The notes below the pieces were generated by a model, which was given only the letters and a program-made list of their open reading frames with translations, was not told the origin of the DNA and did not search any database. Positions 48,877-59,123 of a stretch of DNA of 64,000 bases are shown in pieces. The position numbers were made by a program, and so were the translations under genes. Within the stretch, counting starts at the first letter, position 1; each line of letters opens with the position of its first letter. The stretch is from positions 50,187-114,186 of the forward strand of contig DATMAS010000001.1 of NCBI GenBank assembly GCA_035559735.1. Direction: 5' to 3'. This stretch comes from Candidatus Nitrosotenuis sp. (GTDB lineage Archaea > Thermoproteota > Nitrososphaeria > Nitrososphaerales > Nitrosopumilaceae).

Positions 48877-50730
48877 ATGATTATGAAAGACATAATACAG
48901 ATAAGATTGACAAATCATCGGCTTCCAAAATGCTCTAGTTGTAACGAAGAACTCAGATTGGATCAAAAGTCAATACGATACCAAAACAAATGGTTCCATG
49001 CAGTTTGCTTCAAATCATCATTACAAAAAAAGCAAGAACTAACCACAGTGCAGCAGAAACCAATCCGACAGAAAGAACTGATTTACAAAACAAAAATAAT
49101 CTCTGAAAATACATATCGGCCAGTCCAGCATAAAACATTGCCTCCAGCACAAACTCAACCTGTAGAAAAACAAAAGAAATTACCAATAGAAAAGCCACAA
49201 CAGTGGGCACAACTAATTCCGGTAAAACAAACACGAGAACAACCAAAACAAAAATTGCCAAAACAAGTAAAAAAACAAGAAAAAAGGACCGAAAAAAAAG
49301 TTAAACCTGATCCAGTTCTTGTCATTTTGGCAATAGCGATTTTTGCCTTGCTAATTTACAACGTGTATTCGATTTCTACATATCTGAGTCTTATCGCAAT
49401 TAGCATTGCGGCCGTAATCGCGTTCTACCATATTGTCTCACGGAAGCCACCGCATACAGAGTACAGATACAAATCCAAAACATCATCATTGTATTCAATG
49501 GTGATCTTGGTTCTACCATTTGTCTTTGGCACAATTATGGCCTTTGAGGGTTACCCAGCACATGTGACACTGACTCAAGCAATATTTGTGTGGGCGTTAG
49601 CGCTGTCGTTTTGGCAGACTATGCTCTTTGTACCGCTGGCAGTGCGCAGCGCCGCAAGGGAGGCATTATTGAAAGAACCAACAGTTTACCCAAGAATCAG
49701 CGTCATTGTACCTGCATATAATGAAGAGAAAGTCATTGGCGAAACAATCGGCGCACTTCTTGCTACAGATTATCCCGACAAGGAAATCATTGTAGTTGAC
49801 GATGGAAGCAAAGATAAAACACTTGAAGTCGCAATGAAGTTCAAAGAGAAAATCAAAGTGATCCACAAGGAAAATGGTGGCAAGGCATCTGCGTTGAATC
49901 AAGGATTGCTGTACGCAACTGGCGACATTGTTGTCATAGTGGATGCGGATACAATAATTGGACATTCTTCATTAAAACATATTGCAAAGTCAATGATTGA
50001 TGAAAATGTGGCCGCAGTGGCAGGAAATGTCAAAATTCGCAACAAGATAAACTGGCTTACTTGGTGCCAAGCGCTTGAGTACATGTCTGGAATACAAATC
50101 ATGAGGAGGGGGTTGGATTACTTTGGCGCAATTACCATAGTGCCTGGTGCCCTTGGTGCCTTTAGAAAAAAGAAACTGGAAGAAGCAGGTACATACCACA
50201 AAGATACTCTAGTCGAAGACTTTGATGCTACCATGAAGGTACTCAGATCTGGAATGATAGTCAGTGGAAGCAGTGCCGCAACGGCGTACACGCAAGCTCC
50301 GCAGACACTGCGTGATTATTATAACCAAAGAAAAAGGTGGTACCGTGGAAACCTCCAAGTACTTAGGAGACATTCTGACATTTTATTGAATCCGAGATTT
50401 GGTTACCTGCAAAAACTTTCATACCCACTCATGGCCATACACATGCTTGTAATCCCAATAGCCAGTATAATGCTGTGGGGATTTGTGGCATACCAACTGA
50501 TAATTGGCAACTATCAATTTGTAGGATTTACTCTTGGAATGTTTATTGCGCTACAATACTTGCTGTCTGCGATGGCAATACGAATGGATAATGACGACAA
50601 AAGGATGATACTATATTCGGTCTTCTTGGTGATCGGGTACAAGCAGCTGATGGACGTACTACAGATAAAAGCGGTAATAGAAGAGCTTCTGGGCAAAAAA
50701 GCAAAATGGACAAGCGCGCAAAGAGTGTGA
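48877..50730 (+). CDS. processive membrane GT2 polysaccharide synthase (PgaC/IcaA/cellulose-synthase-like) with N-terminal C3H zinc finger
   Basis: PAYNE, DDGS, KASALN, DAD, PGALG, EDFD, QRKRW; multiple TMs; CSSC-x18-HAVC at residues 19-44. Confidence 0.92.
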   Translation: MIMKDIIQIRLTNHRLPKCSSCNEELRLDQKSIRYQNKWFHAVCFKSSLQKKQELTTVQQKPIRQKELIYKTKIISENTYRPVQHKTLPPAQTQPVEKQKKLPIEKPQQWAQLIPVKQTREQPKQKLPKQVKKQEKRTEKKVKPDPVLVILAIAIFALLIYNVYSISTYLSLIAISIAAVIAFYHIVSRKPPHTEYRYKSKTSSLYSMVILVLPFVFGTIMAFEGYPAHVTLTQAIFVWALALSFWQTMLFVPLAVRSAAREALLKEPTVYPRISVIVPAYNEEKVIGETIGALLATDYPDKEIIVVDDGSKDKTLEVAMKFKEKIKVIHKENGGKASALNQGLLYATGDIVVIVDADTIIGHSSLKHIAKSMIDENVAAVAGNVKIRNKINWLTWCQALEYMSGIQIMRRGLDYFGAITIVPGALGAFRKKKLEEAGTYHKDTLVEDFDATMKVLRSGMIVSGSSAATAYTQAPQTLRDYYNQRKRWYRGNLQVLRRHSDILLNPRFGYLQKLSYPLMAIHMLVIPIASIMLWGFVAYQLIIGNYQFVGFTLGMFIALQYLLSAMAIRMDNDDKRMILYSVFLVIGYKQLMDVLQIKAVIEELLGKKAKWTSAQRV

Positions 50731-50736
50731 CAGTAG

Positions 50737-53412
50737 ATGATTAAACTAGTTTTTTTGGTATTGGCAGGATGCTTTATTGCCGCGCTTCCGGCAGCATTTG
50801 CACAGCAAAACACAGGCACATTAGATGTCTTCATAAAAAACGAAAACAATGACAGAATATTTCCACAAGGCGTCCTAGTCAAAATATACAAGGATCTGGA
50901 AAAGACGCCGACACAGGAGATTTTGTCTCTTGAGAATAACCCATTTAGTGTATCTTCATTACCGCTTGGACACCGTTACAAAGTCGAAGTATACGTCAAT
51001 AACATGTATGCCAGTGTCGGATTTATTGATCTTCAACAAAGCAAGCAAAACCTTGAGATTACAATAAAGAACTTTGGTGGAATGCGACTAAACGTATTCT
51101 ACAAAGACGGACAGACTCCACTTTCTGGAGCATATGTAGTGATAAAATCACATGATGGTAAAAGTTGGCATACGTCAAGCACAGATCAGTTTGGCAATTC
51201 CATTAGGGCGTGGCTCTACCCATCTATAAAAGACGGTGATTATTATTACGCAGAGATCTCGCTTGGACCTGGCCTTAAATTCACCTCACTGCCAATAAAG
51301 CTACAACCATCCGTTGCACAAGAGTTCAAAGTGATTACGCCCTGGCCTACAATCATAGACAAGCTGATCACAGTAGAGGTCTACAACTCTACAAAAACAA
51401 AGGTTACAAAACAAGATGGGGTATTTGTAGCGCAGTTATTTGACTCGAAAAAGAACAAGGTTGCAGAGTCACCTGTGTCTGATAAAGGCCTTGCCTACTT
51501 CTCAAAGCTCAAAGTAAACAGTTATGCCTTGTACATTAAATCAAAAGATGACACTGGTAATCTGCATACAATAGTTGGAAAAAAGGCCGTAATTACTGAA
51601 GCCACAAACACAATCAAAGTATACCTCCACAACCCTGAGCTGAATAGCGACCACCTAGATTGCAACTGTGTAGCTTTTAGGCTAGATGATATTCAGGATT
51701 TTTATCTTGCCCCCGCACAACTTGCAGTGATATCGCTTTTTGAGCAAAAAGATCTGCCAATCACCATCGGTGTCATAGGTGGGGTAATAGGGACAGACCA
51801 AAAACTAATCTCTACAATCAAGGCCGGACTAGCTTCTGAAAATCCAATTGAGATCGCAAGCCACAGCTGGAACAACAAGATCCTAAGTAGCATGACGAAA
51901 AAGGATCAGGAGGAGCTCATTGTAAAGACAAACGATAAGATAATGTCTGTCTTTGGAGTCAAGCCAAAGACATTCATTCCTCCGGAAAATGTGTTTAACA
52001 ACGAGACACTTTCGGTGTTGAAGAACAATGGATTTACTCATATAAGCTATGATGCAACGGAAGTAGATCCACCACCATTTAAAAAATCAGATTTCTATCA
52101 TTTCCCAATACTGCCATCGACTGCAGATCTTGATGCCAACACAGGAATATGGCGCCCGCTCTCAAACGACACAATTATGGACAAAATAGAGCAGAGTCTC
52201 TTTGATTACGGTTATGCCGTAGTCATGATGCATCCATACGAATTCTCACTCTATGAGAACGGATTTTACGTCAACAAAGTAAACACTACAAAAGTCAAGG
52301 AACTGGAATCATTAATTGAAACAATCCAGTCAAAAAATCTCAGGATTTTACCCATCGGTTCAATTGAGAATTATGATATGGTGCAGAATGTTACCACTAA
52401 TCAAGAAGACGTGACTGCTAATTGTAACTGTCTTGCCTTTAGGCTTGATAATGTACAGGACTTTTGGCTAAACGACGTACAAAATGCACTCTTGGACACA
52501 CTTGACAAAAAAGATGTGCCAATAACAATTTCAGTAATAGGAAAATTCATCGGTGATGATCCAAAGGTAGTAGAAAAGATAAAAGAAAAGCTGAAAGATC
52601 CGTCACAGGCACGAATCGCAAACAGAGGGTGGGAACACATTGACCACACAAGTTATGACGAGGAAAAGCAAGCAGCAAGTATCAGGCAAACTAACGAAAA
52701 AATAAGAAAAGTGTTTGGCGTGTCTTCTGTGATCTTTGTTCCACCGTACGACACTTTCAATGAGGACACGCTGAAGGCTGCTAGGCAAAACAAAGTGGTC
52801 TATTTTAGTGCGAACATTGCACAAGAAAAGCTACCGTTTAGGCCTGATTTGCCAAGACACATACCAAGTACAGTGTCATTTGCAAATCTGGTAGACGATG
52901 ATCCATTTTTGAGCGGAACGATACAACAAAAAGCACTACAAAAGGTTAGACTAAGCTTGACGCAGTATGGCTTTGCAGTGGTGAGCATGCAACCATCAGA
53001 TTTTGCTGTAAAGACTGATGTATTCGAAAATGAAGTTAGTGCTGAGAAGCTAGCGCTACTTGAAGCACTAATTGATGACGCAAGGGCAAGTGGCATCAAC
53101 ATAGTTCTACTACAAAGCGTGCCTGCAATGTTGGATGAAAGCAAGCTCATAATTCCAGACTGGATCAAATCAAACGCAAAATGGTGGGCCGAAGACAAAA
53201 TAGGTGACGTCGATTTTACAAAAGGTCTTGAATATCTAATCGAGCAAAAAATAATCCAAATTCCTACCGCACAACAAGGCGAGGGTACAGAACGAAAAAT
53301 ACCCTCCTGGATCAAATCAAACGCAAAATGGTGGGCCGAAGACAAAATAGGAAACTCTGACTTTGTCAAAGGAATTCAGTACCTCATACAAAATGGAATT
53401 ATTCGAATCTAG
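50737..53412 (+). CDS. secreted protein with beta-sandwich repeats, two polysaccharide deacetylase (CE4/NodB-like) domains and tandem IPxWIK C-terminal repeats
   Basis: Signal peptide AFA-Q; CNCVAFRLDD...SHSWN...FIPP...MHP and CNCLAFRLDN...FVPPY; two IPxWIKSNAKWWA repeats. Confidence 0.87.
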   Translation: MIKLVFLVLAGCFIAALPAAFAQQNTGTLDVFIKNENNDRIFPQGVLVKIYKDLEKTPTQEILSLENNPFSVSSLPLGHRYKVEVYVNNMYASVGFIDLQQSKQNLEITIKNFGGMRLNVFYKDGQTPLSGAYVVIKSHDGKSWHTSSTDQFGNSIRAWLYPSIKDGDYYYAEISLGPGLKFTSLPIKLQPSVAQEFKVITPWPTIIDKLITVEVYNSTKTKVTKQDGVFVAQLFDSKKNKVAESPVSDKGLAYFSKLKVNSYALYIKSKDDTGNLHTIVGKKAVITEATNTIKVYLHNPELNSDHLDCNCVAFRLDDIQDFYLAPAQLAVISLFEQKDLPITIGVIGGVIGTDQKLISTIKAGLASENPIEIASHSWNNKILSSMTKKDQEELIVKTNDKIMSVFGVKPKTFIPPENVFNNETLSVLKNNGFTHISYDATEVDPPPFKKSDFYHFPILPSTADLDANTGIWRPLSNDTIMDKIEQSLFDYGYAVVMMHPYEFSLYENGFYVNKVNTTKVKELESLIETIQSKNLRILPIGSIENYDMVQNVTTNQEDVTANCNCLAFRLDNVQDFWLNDVQNALLDTLDKKDVPITISVIGKFIGDDPKVVEKIKEKLKDPSQARIANRGWEHIDHTSYDEEKQAASIRQTNEKIRKVFGVSSVIFVPPYDTFNEDTLKAARQNKVVYFSANIAQEKLPFRPDLPRHIPSTVSFANLVDDDPFLSGTIQQKALQKVRLSLTQYGFAVVSMQPSDFAVKTDVFENEVSAEKLALLEALIDDARASGINIVLLQSVPAMLDESKLIIPDWIKSNAKWWAEDKIGDVDFTKGLEYLIEQKIIQIPTAQQGEGTERKIPSWIKSNAKWWAEDKIGNSDFVKGIQYLIQNGIIRI

Positions 53413-53726
53413 CTTGGAAAAGACGAGCTTGGGCCCACTGCATCTTCAGGCTTTACATCCTGATCCCACTTGCCTCTGACTCCTTTGATTAGTAAAAATA
53501 TTCCAAAAGAAATCAATCCGATAACAAGAGCAAAGAATGCTGCTTTGTCTTGAGCGGCAGCTTGGCAGTCCACTTCAGTTTGCACTCCATCTATGAACTC
53601 AAAACAGCTGCCAAATTCTTGTGCTTGGATAGATAGATCGTAGTGTCTTTGTCCAAATATGCCAAGAATTAAAAAACCTGCAAAAATGAGCACAACACCA
53701 AGGAGTGTAAATCGTGTGTCACTCAT
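53409..53726 (-). CDS. two-TM hypothetical membrane protein
   Basis: Two hydrophobic segments flanking a loop with a Cys pair; GKWD tail. Confidence 0.7.
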   Translation of the reverse strand: MSDTRFTLLGVVLIFAGFLILGIFGQRHYDLSIQAQEFGSCFEFIDGVQTEVDCQAAAQDKAAFFALVIGLISFGIFLLIKGVRGKWDQDVKPEDAVGPSSSFPS

Positions 53727-53748
53727 AAGTTGATTACGTCGAAGTAAC

Positions 53749-54222
53749 TTATGATGCTTTTTCTAGTTTGGACTTGAGGTTTTTGAGTGAATTGGCGTAA
53801 AATGATTCGATAAACGTCAGAAATTCCTCAAATTGTTTTTTATCCGAACTATTGCTAATCAAATATGAGGTCCAGCTCAGCTGTGTTTTTTCTTTTTGGG
53901 AAATGGAGAGTGTCGCATGGTATCCGTCTAGTGGCAGGCCGCGTGTTGCAATGTATGAAACTAGCTTGCCGTCCTGCCAGCCTACGGCGTACTCGATGAC
54001 ATTGCTCCCATCTGCAAAAGAAATCTTCCTTGCGGCGCCAACACCATGTCTGATTTTTGAGAGGAATTCTGTCTTTTTTACGTCGACTACCCACTCTGTC
54101 AACCCAACAAAATTGCTTATCTCCTTCCATACTGCGGAGGGAGGCACATCAATACTGATTGATTGGGTTACAGTGGCAAAATGCTTGCCTACTGTATTGT
54201 GATTCAGAATAATTCGTGACAC
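53749..54222 (-). CDS. SRPBCC/polyketide cyclase family protein
   Basis: SIDVPPSAVW..ISNF..W, GVGAAR, C-terminal LKNLK helix. Confidence 0.88.
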   Translation of the reverse strand: MSRIILNHNTVGKHFATVTQSISIDVPPSAVWKEISNFVGLTEWVVDVKKTEFLSKIRHGVGAARKISFADGSNVIEYAVGWQDGKLVSYIATRGLPLDGYHATLSISQKEKTQLSWTSYLISNSSDKKQFEEFLTFIESFYANSLKNLKSKLEKAS

Positions 54223-54304
54223 AAACTGCAGTGTTTGTCATTATTTTTTAAATCTTCAATAAATCGACAGATATAATTTTGATACAAAATATGTGAGTTT
54301 AGAC

Positions 54305-55591
54305 ATGGTTTTTGGGTGGGGTATAAAAAAACGAGAGCGAATCGATGAAAACGAATCAAAAACCACCACCAAAAGGCAGATAAAACTTGATGAGATAAAC
54401 CCGATTCTTCTTGAGAAAAAAAATCAACTCAAAAATGAGATTGTAAGGAAGACAAAACCGCTTTTTGAGGAAATTAAACGCGAGCTTGGCTCAATTTATG
54501 CAATAATCGATCATCTAAAAACTGATGACCTCAAAGTTGATGACATTGACAAGACCCTTCGGACTCTCGTAGTGAGAAGCAAGGCAGAAGTAATTGACGT
54601 GATATCAAAAGAATCCAAAAAGACACTTCCAAATGCATCTGACTATGACGAAGTAACAAAGACTGCAGAGCTCGCTTCGCACACATTAAAGAAAATCGGT
54701 GATGTACTTGGCAAACATAGCAGAGTGATTCACGTATTTGCAAAAAAATATGCAAACGATCTGAAAACTCGCTTGGAACTAATCACAAAAGACCATGTGA
54801 CTATAGCAAAAATGATCTCAGACTACAATTCACTTGAATCTGCTTCCATGGAAATTAATGAAAAAGCAAGGAAGGTACAAAACATCCACAAAGAAATCAA
54901 TGACAACATCGCCCATCTAAATAAACTGCAAGAATCTTTTCTTGAGTTTGAGCGTACTAGTAAATCTACGCAACAGCAAATTGCAGAACTCTTCGAGTCC
55001 ACACAATATGAAAAATTCATGCAGTATCGAAACGAAATAAACCGTCTTGTAACCCAAGAAAGCCAGCTAAACAAGGAAATAGACGAAGAATTCTCCAAGA
55101 TCTCAAGGCCACTCGGCAAGTACGTGTACGTAACTTCGCTTGAAAAACCATTCAAAATAATTCTGGAACGACTAGTCCAAAACCCTTCTGCCACAATCTC
55201 AGAAAATAAAGATGCCACGGTCACAATCCTGGAATCATGTATGAAGGGAATAATGTCTGGAAGTGTTTCCGTAAAAGAAACAGACAAAGCAGTTGACCAC
55301 ATAACTCACATCATTTCTCTTTTAGACGGTTTTGTGTCGAAAAAAAATAGTTTGAAATCGCAACTAGAAGAACTTCAAAAAAAACTCACCATCTTTGATC
55401 TTGGCAACCTTGAGAATCTCGAAAAACAACTCGCAAAAGCAAAGTCGGATGGCGAAGACGCAAAACTCAAAATCAAAAAACTCGAAGACGATCTTAAACA
55501 TCAAATGGCACAAAAAGACGTACTTATTTCCGAGTTGGAAGACTCACTGGAGCGCCTCTTAAAAACCAAATATACCATTAAGGTGGAGTGA
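54305..55591 (+). CDS. long coiled-coil hypothetical protein
   Basis: MVFGWG start, heptad-rich, FSKISRPLGKY.Y; no ATPase motifs. Confidence 0.75.
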   Translation: MVFGWGIKKRERIDENESKTTTKRQIKLDEINPILLEKKNQLKNEIVRKTKPLFEEIKRELGSIYAIIDHLKTDDLKVDDIDKTLRTLVVRSKAEVIDVISKESKKTLPNASDYDEVTKTAELASHTLKKIGDVLGKHSRVIHVFAKKYANDLKTRLELITKDHVTIAKMISDYNSLESASMEINEKARKVQNIHKEINDNIAHLNKLQESFLEFERTSKSTQQQIAELFESTQYEKFMQYRNEINRLVTQESQLNKEIDEEFSKISRPLGKYVYVTSLEKPFKIILERLVQNPSATISENKDATVTILESCMKGIMSGSVSVKETDKAVDHITHIISLLDGFVSKKNSLKSQLEELQKKLTIFDLGNLENLEKQLAKAKSDGEDAKLKIKKLEDDLKHQMAQKDVLISELEDSLERLLKTKYTIKVE

Positions 55592-55595
55592 TTGG

Positions 55596-56009
55596 ATGAA
55601 GTTTGACTTGGAGCGCAAAGTGGTACTCAAAAAAGAAGCACGAGACGGCATTCTTAGTTACTGCAAGATGAAACACCCCTCAGAAGGAATATTGATACTT
55701 CGAGGCAAATCAAAAAAAGGCGTAATCACCATAAATGGTCTTGTAATTCCTCCTTTTTCGTACAGCGACCAGACATTTGCAGGATTTCCGCAATCGTTTC
55801 TGCCGCTTGACTTGTCTTACGTGGGAAGTGCACACTCACACCCAAGTGGCTCAGCTGAGCCATCAGTGACTGACCTGCATAACTTTTTCGGCCTTGTGTC
55901 GATCATAGTCAAATCCCCATATGAGGAAAACGAGGACATTTTTGCGTGGGATAGTGAGGGAAACCAACTCGAGATAATTTTTGAAGGCGATGGCGAAGAA
56001 AAAAACTGA
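55596..56009 (+). CDS. JAMM/MPN+ metalloprotease
   Basis: HPSE...HSHPSGSAEPSVTD. Confidence 0.93.
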   Translation: MKFDLERKVVLKKEARDGILSYCKMKHPSEGILILRGKSKKGVITINGLVIPPFSYSDQTFAGFPQSFLPLDLSYVGSAHSHPSGSAEPSVTDLHNFFGLVSIIVKSPYEENEDIFAWDSEGNQLEIIFEGDGEEKN

Positions 56010-56042
56010 CAAAACTTTATTAGGCTTTTTAAAGGAAAGACT

Positions 56043-56357
56043 ATGTTGTATAGCTACAAAAACTATCTGATCTTTCTGTTTGCGTCGCTTGCGGTAAGCA
56101 TTGGATTACAGATGATCTTGCCATTTCCGTATGGCCTTGCAGCGGCACTTGCGATATTCATAATGTTGCCACTATTCATCCGACGTAGGTACATGAGCAG
56201 GATGCGAGGTTATGGCGACTCGGGAGGAGGCGGATTCTTCGGATTCAACTCAGAAGGTGGCGGCACAGTCAAGTATGTGTGTCTAACGTGCAACCACCGC
56301 TTCAAAGGTGCCACGTGTCCAAGATGTGGTTCAAAGATGAAGCGCGCAGACTTTTAG
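56043..56357 (+). CDS. two-TM protein with C-terminal zinc ribbon
   Basis: Hydrophobic hairpin, Gly-rich linker, CLTC...CPRCG. Confidence 0.8.
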   Translation: MLYSYKNYLIFLFASLAVSIGLQMILPFPYGLAAALAIFIMLPLFIRRRYMSRMRGYGDSGGGGFFGFNSEGGGTVKYVCLTCNHRFKGATCPRCGSKMKRADF

Positions 56358-56359
56358 CA

Positions 56360-56683
56360 ATGTCGCTTGAAAAACTCAGACAACAAGCAATCTACCAAAA
56401 CTCAATAGATACTTGGATTGCCATTTGTGAGGAAAAACAAATAGATTGGTACGAGACGGAAAACTACAAAAAATTCATAGAATATCTCTTCAAAAACGGC
56501 ATCAACCTAAAAAAATTCCCACTCTGCGTCAAAGAGACGGGAGGAATGTACGAGCGAGGACGCGACAAGACAAAGTTCGCAGAAATGCTCTCGCAGTTAA
56601 ATGACCCAAACGCCGCCGCATATACAATAAAACTAAACGATCAGACACTCAAAATAATTAGGGACTTTCAGCTTACCAACTAG
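56360..56683 (+). CDS. hypothetical protein
   Basis: Likely start ATG 56360 (MSLEKLRQ), just after previous stop. Confidence 0.7.
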   Translation: MSLEKLRQQAIYQNSIDTWIAICEEKQIDWYETENYKKFIEYLFKNGINLKKFPLCVKETGGMYERGRDKTKFAEMLSQLNDPNAAAYTIKLNDQTLKIIRDFQLTN

Positions 56684-58038
56684 CGTTTTAGCTTGGGGTT
56701 GGCCACAGCCTCAAGTGAATTGCCAATAAATACGAACGCAAGCCCGGTTACTGCGACCATCACGCCTGGAGGTATTATCCACCACCACAGACCGCGTGCA
56801 GCAGCACCATGTGCCTTGGCATCGTGTAGAATTTGGCCCCATGTGGGAAATGTGGGATCTCCAAGACCCAAAAAGCTTAGGCCAGCCTCCGTAGTAATTG
56901 CTGCTGGGACAGAAATTGCAATACTTGCAAGAGCATATGGCATTATCTGTGGGATGATGTGTCGAAATATTATCTTGGAGTCTTTTTGGCCCATGATCTT
57001 TGCAGCATCTACAAACTGTCGAGTTTTGATTTGTAAAGACAAACTCCTTGAGACCTTGGCGACGCCTACCCAACCAAACATCATGAGAAAGCCAATCAGC
57101 AAAAATATGTTATTGGACGTAGTCACAGACAATATGATCAAAAACGGAAGCGCCGGCAATGCGTAAATTATGTCGTTGAATCTCATCATGGCCTCATCTG
57201 TTTTTCCTCCTTTGTAACCAGCATAAACTCCAAAGACGAGGCCGGAGACAACGGAGCCAACTGCAACCGCTATACCAATGAAGAGTGCGATAGGGGTTCC
57301 CCACAACAAACCGATTGAAAGATCACGCCTCAACTCATCTGTGCCGACAAGGCCGTATACTTTGCCTCCCAAAATTAACTTGGAATCAGAAAAGGTACTA
57401 GCTGACTGTGTGTTGACGAGACTGACAACAAAGACGTATCTGCCTTTTAGTACCTCCCGCGATTCAGATTTTGAAAAGATGATCTCTTTTGTGGTAAGGT
57501 CGTCAAGCGGATATGAGAACTTGTCAGACTGGAGCAGCAAGTTTTTTCTGATTGTGTCGCTTGTTGAAAAGATCTTATCGGAATATGTTGTATGTTCTGA
57601 CTGTGGTAAAGACGACGAGATTAGTCGTAGCGTTACACCATCAGGCCTGATGACATCTATTTTGAGGACAGGTGCACCATCATACTGAATGGTGTATTGC
57701 AAGAGAAACTCGTTTGGAAAATAATCATACTCATAATCGAACTCAAACTTTTGCATAGTTGTGGCCGCCACATTGCTTTTTTGGAGGATGGTTTGCGTAT
57801 TTTCCAGTATTTGATGCTCTGGGATCTTTGCTGTCGCAAAGAAATTCACCCAGCTTGGCAGAGCAGACTTTGGCAGCATCGTCCAGCTGGCGGGGTTGTT
57901 CCACTGCTTGTACATCTCCAGTGGCACAAAAAGCGCCGTCGCCGCAGAGACGAAAATTAGCGATGCCAGAATGCCAATTCCAACTAGGCCTATTTTATTC
58001 CTGATAAATCCTTCTTTTAGCTCAGAGTATGTGGCCAT
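56680..58038 (-). CDS. peptide ABC transporter permease (DppC/OppC-like)
   Basis: GTDELRRD, DAAKIMG EAA-loop, EAGLSFLGLG, WGQIL. Confidence 0.92.
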   Translation of the reverse strand: MATYSELKEGFIRNKIGLVGIGILASLIFVSAATALFVPLEMYKQWNNPASWTMLPKSALPSWVNFFATAKIPEHQILENTQTILQKSNVAATTMQKFEFDYEYDYFPNEFLLQYTIQYDGAPVLKIDVIRPDGVTLRLISSSLPQSEHTTYSDKIFSTSDTIRKNLLLQSDKFSYPLDDLTTKEIIFSKSESREVLKGRYVFVVSLVNTQSASTFSDSKLILGGKVYGLVGTDELRRDLSIGLLWGTPIALFIGIAVAVGSVVSGLVFGVYAGYKGGKTDEAMMRFNDIIYALPALPFLIILSVTTSNNIFLLIGFLMMFGWVGVAKVSRSLSLQIKTRQFVDAAKIMGQKDSKIIFRHIIPQIMPYALASIAISVPAAITTEAGLSFLGLGDPTFPTWGQILHDAKAHGAAARGLWWWIIPPGVMVAVTGLAFVFIGNSLEAVANPKLKR

Positions 58039-58039
58039 C

Positions 58040-59092
58040 TCAGACGGTCCTTATTCTTGGATCCAAGTATCCATAAAGCAGATCCGCGACAAAGATGCTT
58101 GCCAAAAAAAATGCCGTAAGAACATAAGTAGCGCCTATGATCACTGGGAGATCCATTACGCTTATTGCCTCAAAATAAAGTCGGCCCATGCCAGGCCAAT
58201 CAAAGACTGCCTCTGTAATTATGGCTCCACCAAGTGAGCCCGACAGGCTCAGTGCAAGGATGGTTACTATTGGCGGCGCTGCGTTCTTTAAAGCGCTCCC
58301 AAAGATGATCTTTTTCTGGTTGATGCCTATTGCTTTTTTTACGAAAATAAAATCCTCTTGCATTATTCCAACGATGAAATTCCTGACTAGGTAGGCCCAC
58401 GTTCCAAAACCAATCAGAACTATTGTGATGAGGGGCAGTGTCATATGGTACAATAGGGCCGGAATGTACCCTGGGTCTGTGGGGGGTAGCAGTGGGGTGG
58501 CCCTTGCAGGAAACAGGTTATATGAAAACGAAAAAGTAAAGATCATGATCAATCCAATCCACCATACCGGAAAGCTGCTACTGATTATGGCAAAAATTGA
58601 GGTTACCTTGTCTGCCTTGGAGCCAATCTTGCTGCCAGAGATTGCCCCAATGAATATGCCAATTATGGAAATTGTGATGGTGGCTGTCGTAAAAAGGAGG
58701 ATTGTACGGGGCAGTTTTTCTAAAATGATGTCACTTACTGCAGTGGAGCCAGAATCACTGCTAATAAACGTGGCGTATCCAAAATCCAAAATGAGGATCT
58801 TGTACATCGCAAGACCTATTCTGTTTGGCGAGTACCATGGCATGTCGAGGCCGAGGCTCTTTGTCCTTTGTTCTACTTGCCGTGCTATGTATTGATCCAG
58901 CTCCTCAGTGCTCTGAAAACTTGATACCAACGCCTTGTTCTCAACTACTTCTGTTCTTACCTGGATTGCAACACCTTTTTTCATTATGGTGTCCATGTTG
59001 GAGCCAACAAGAAGTATTGTGACAAGTAGTGTGGCCATCAAGACGCCAAAAAGTATGGCTGCGCGTTTTGCAAAGTAGCGCTTCAATCCCAT
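58040..59092 (-). CDS. peptide ABC transporter permease (DppB/OppB-like)
   Basis: LPRTILL, ALKNA, ITEAVFDWPGMG, DPRIR. Confidence 0.93.
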   Translation of the reverse strand: MGLKRYFAKRAAILFGVLMATLLVTILLVGSNMDTIMKKGVAIQVRTEVVENKALVSSFQSTEELDQYIARQVEQRTKSLGLDMPWYSPNRIGLAMYKILILDFGYATFISSDSGSTAVSDIILEKLPRTILLFTTATITISIIGIFIGAISGSKIGSKADKVTSIFAIISSSFPVWWIGLIMIFTFSFSYNLFPARATPLLPPTDPGYIPALLYHMTLPLITIVLIGFGTWAYLVRNFIVGIMQEDFIFVKKAIGINQKKIIFGSALKNAAPPIVTILALSLSGSLGGAIITEAVFDWPGMGRLYFEAISVMDLPVIIGATYVLTAFFLASIFVADLLYGYLDPRIRTV

Positions 59093-59123
59093 TGGTATGA
59101 CTTGATGAAATTAGCTTAAAATG

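Noticed and set aside
54305-55591. SMC/SbcC-like ATPase
   Set aside because: Coiled coil only; no Walker A/B or signature motif
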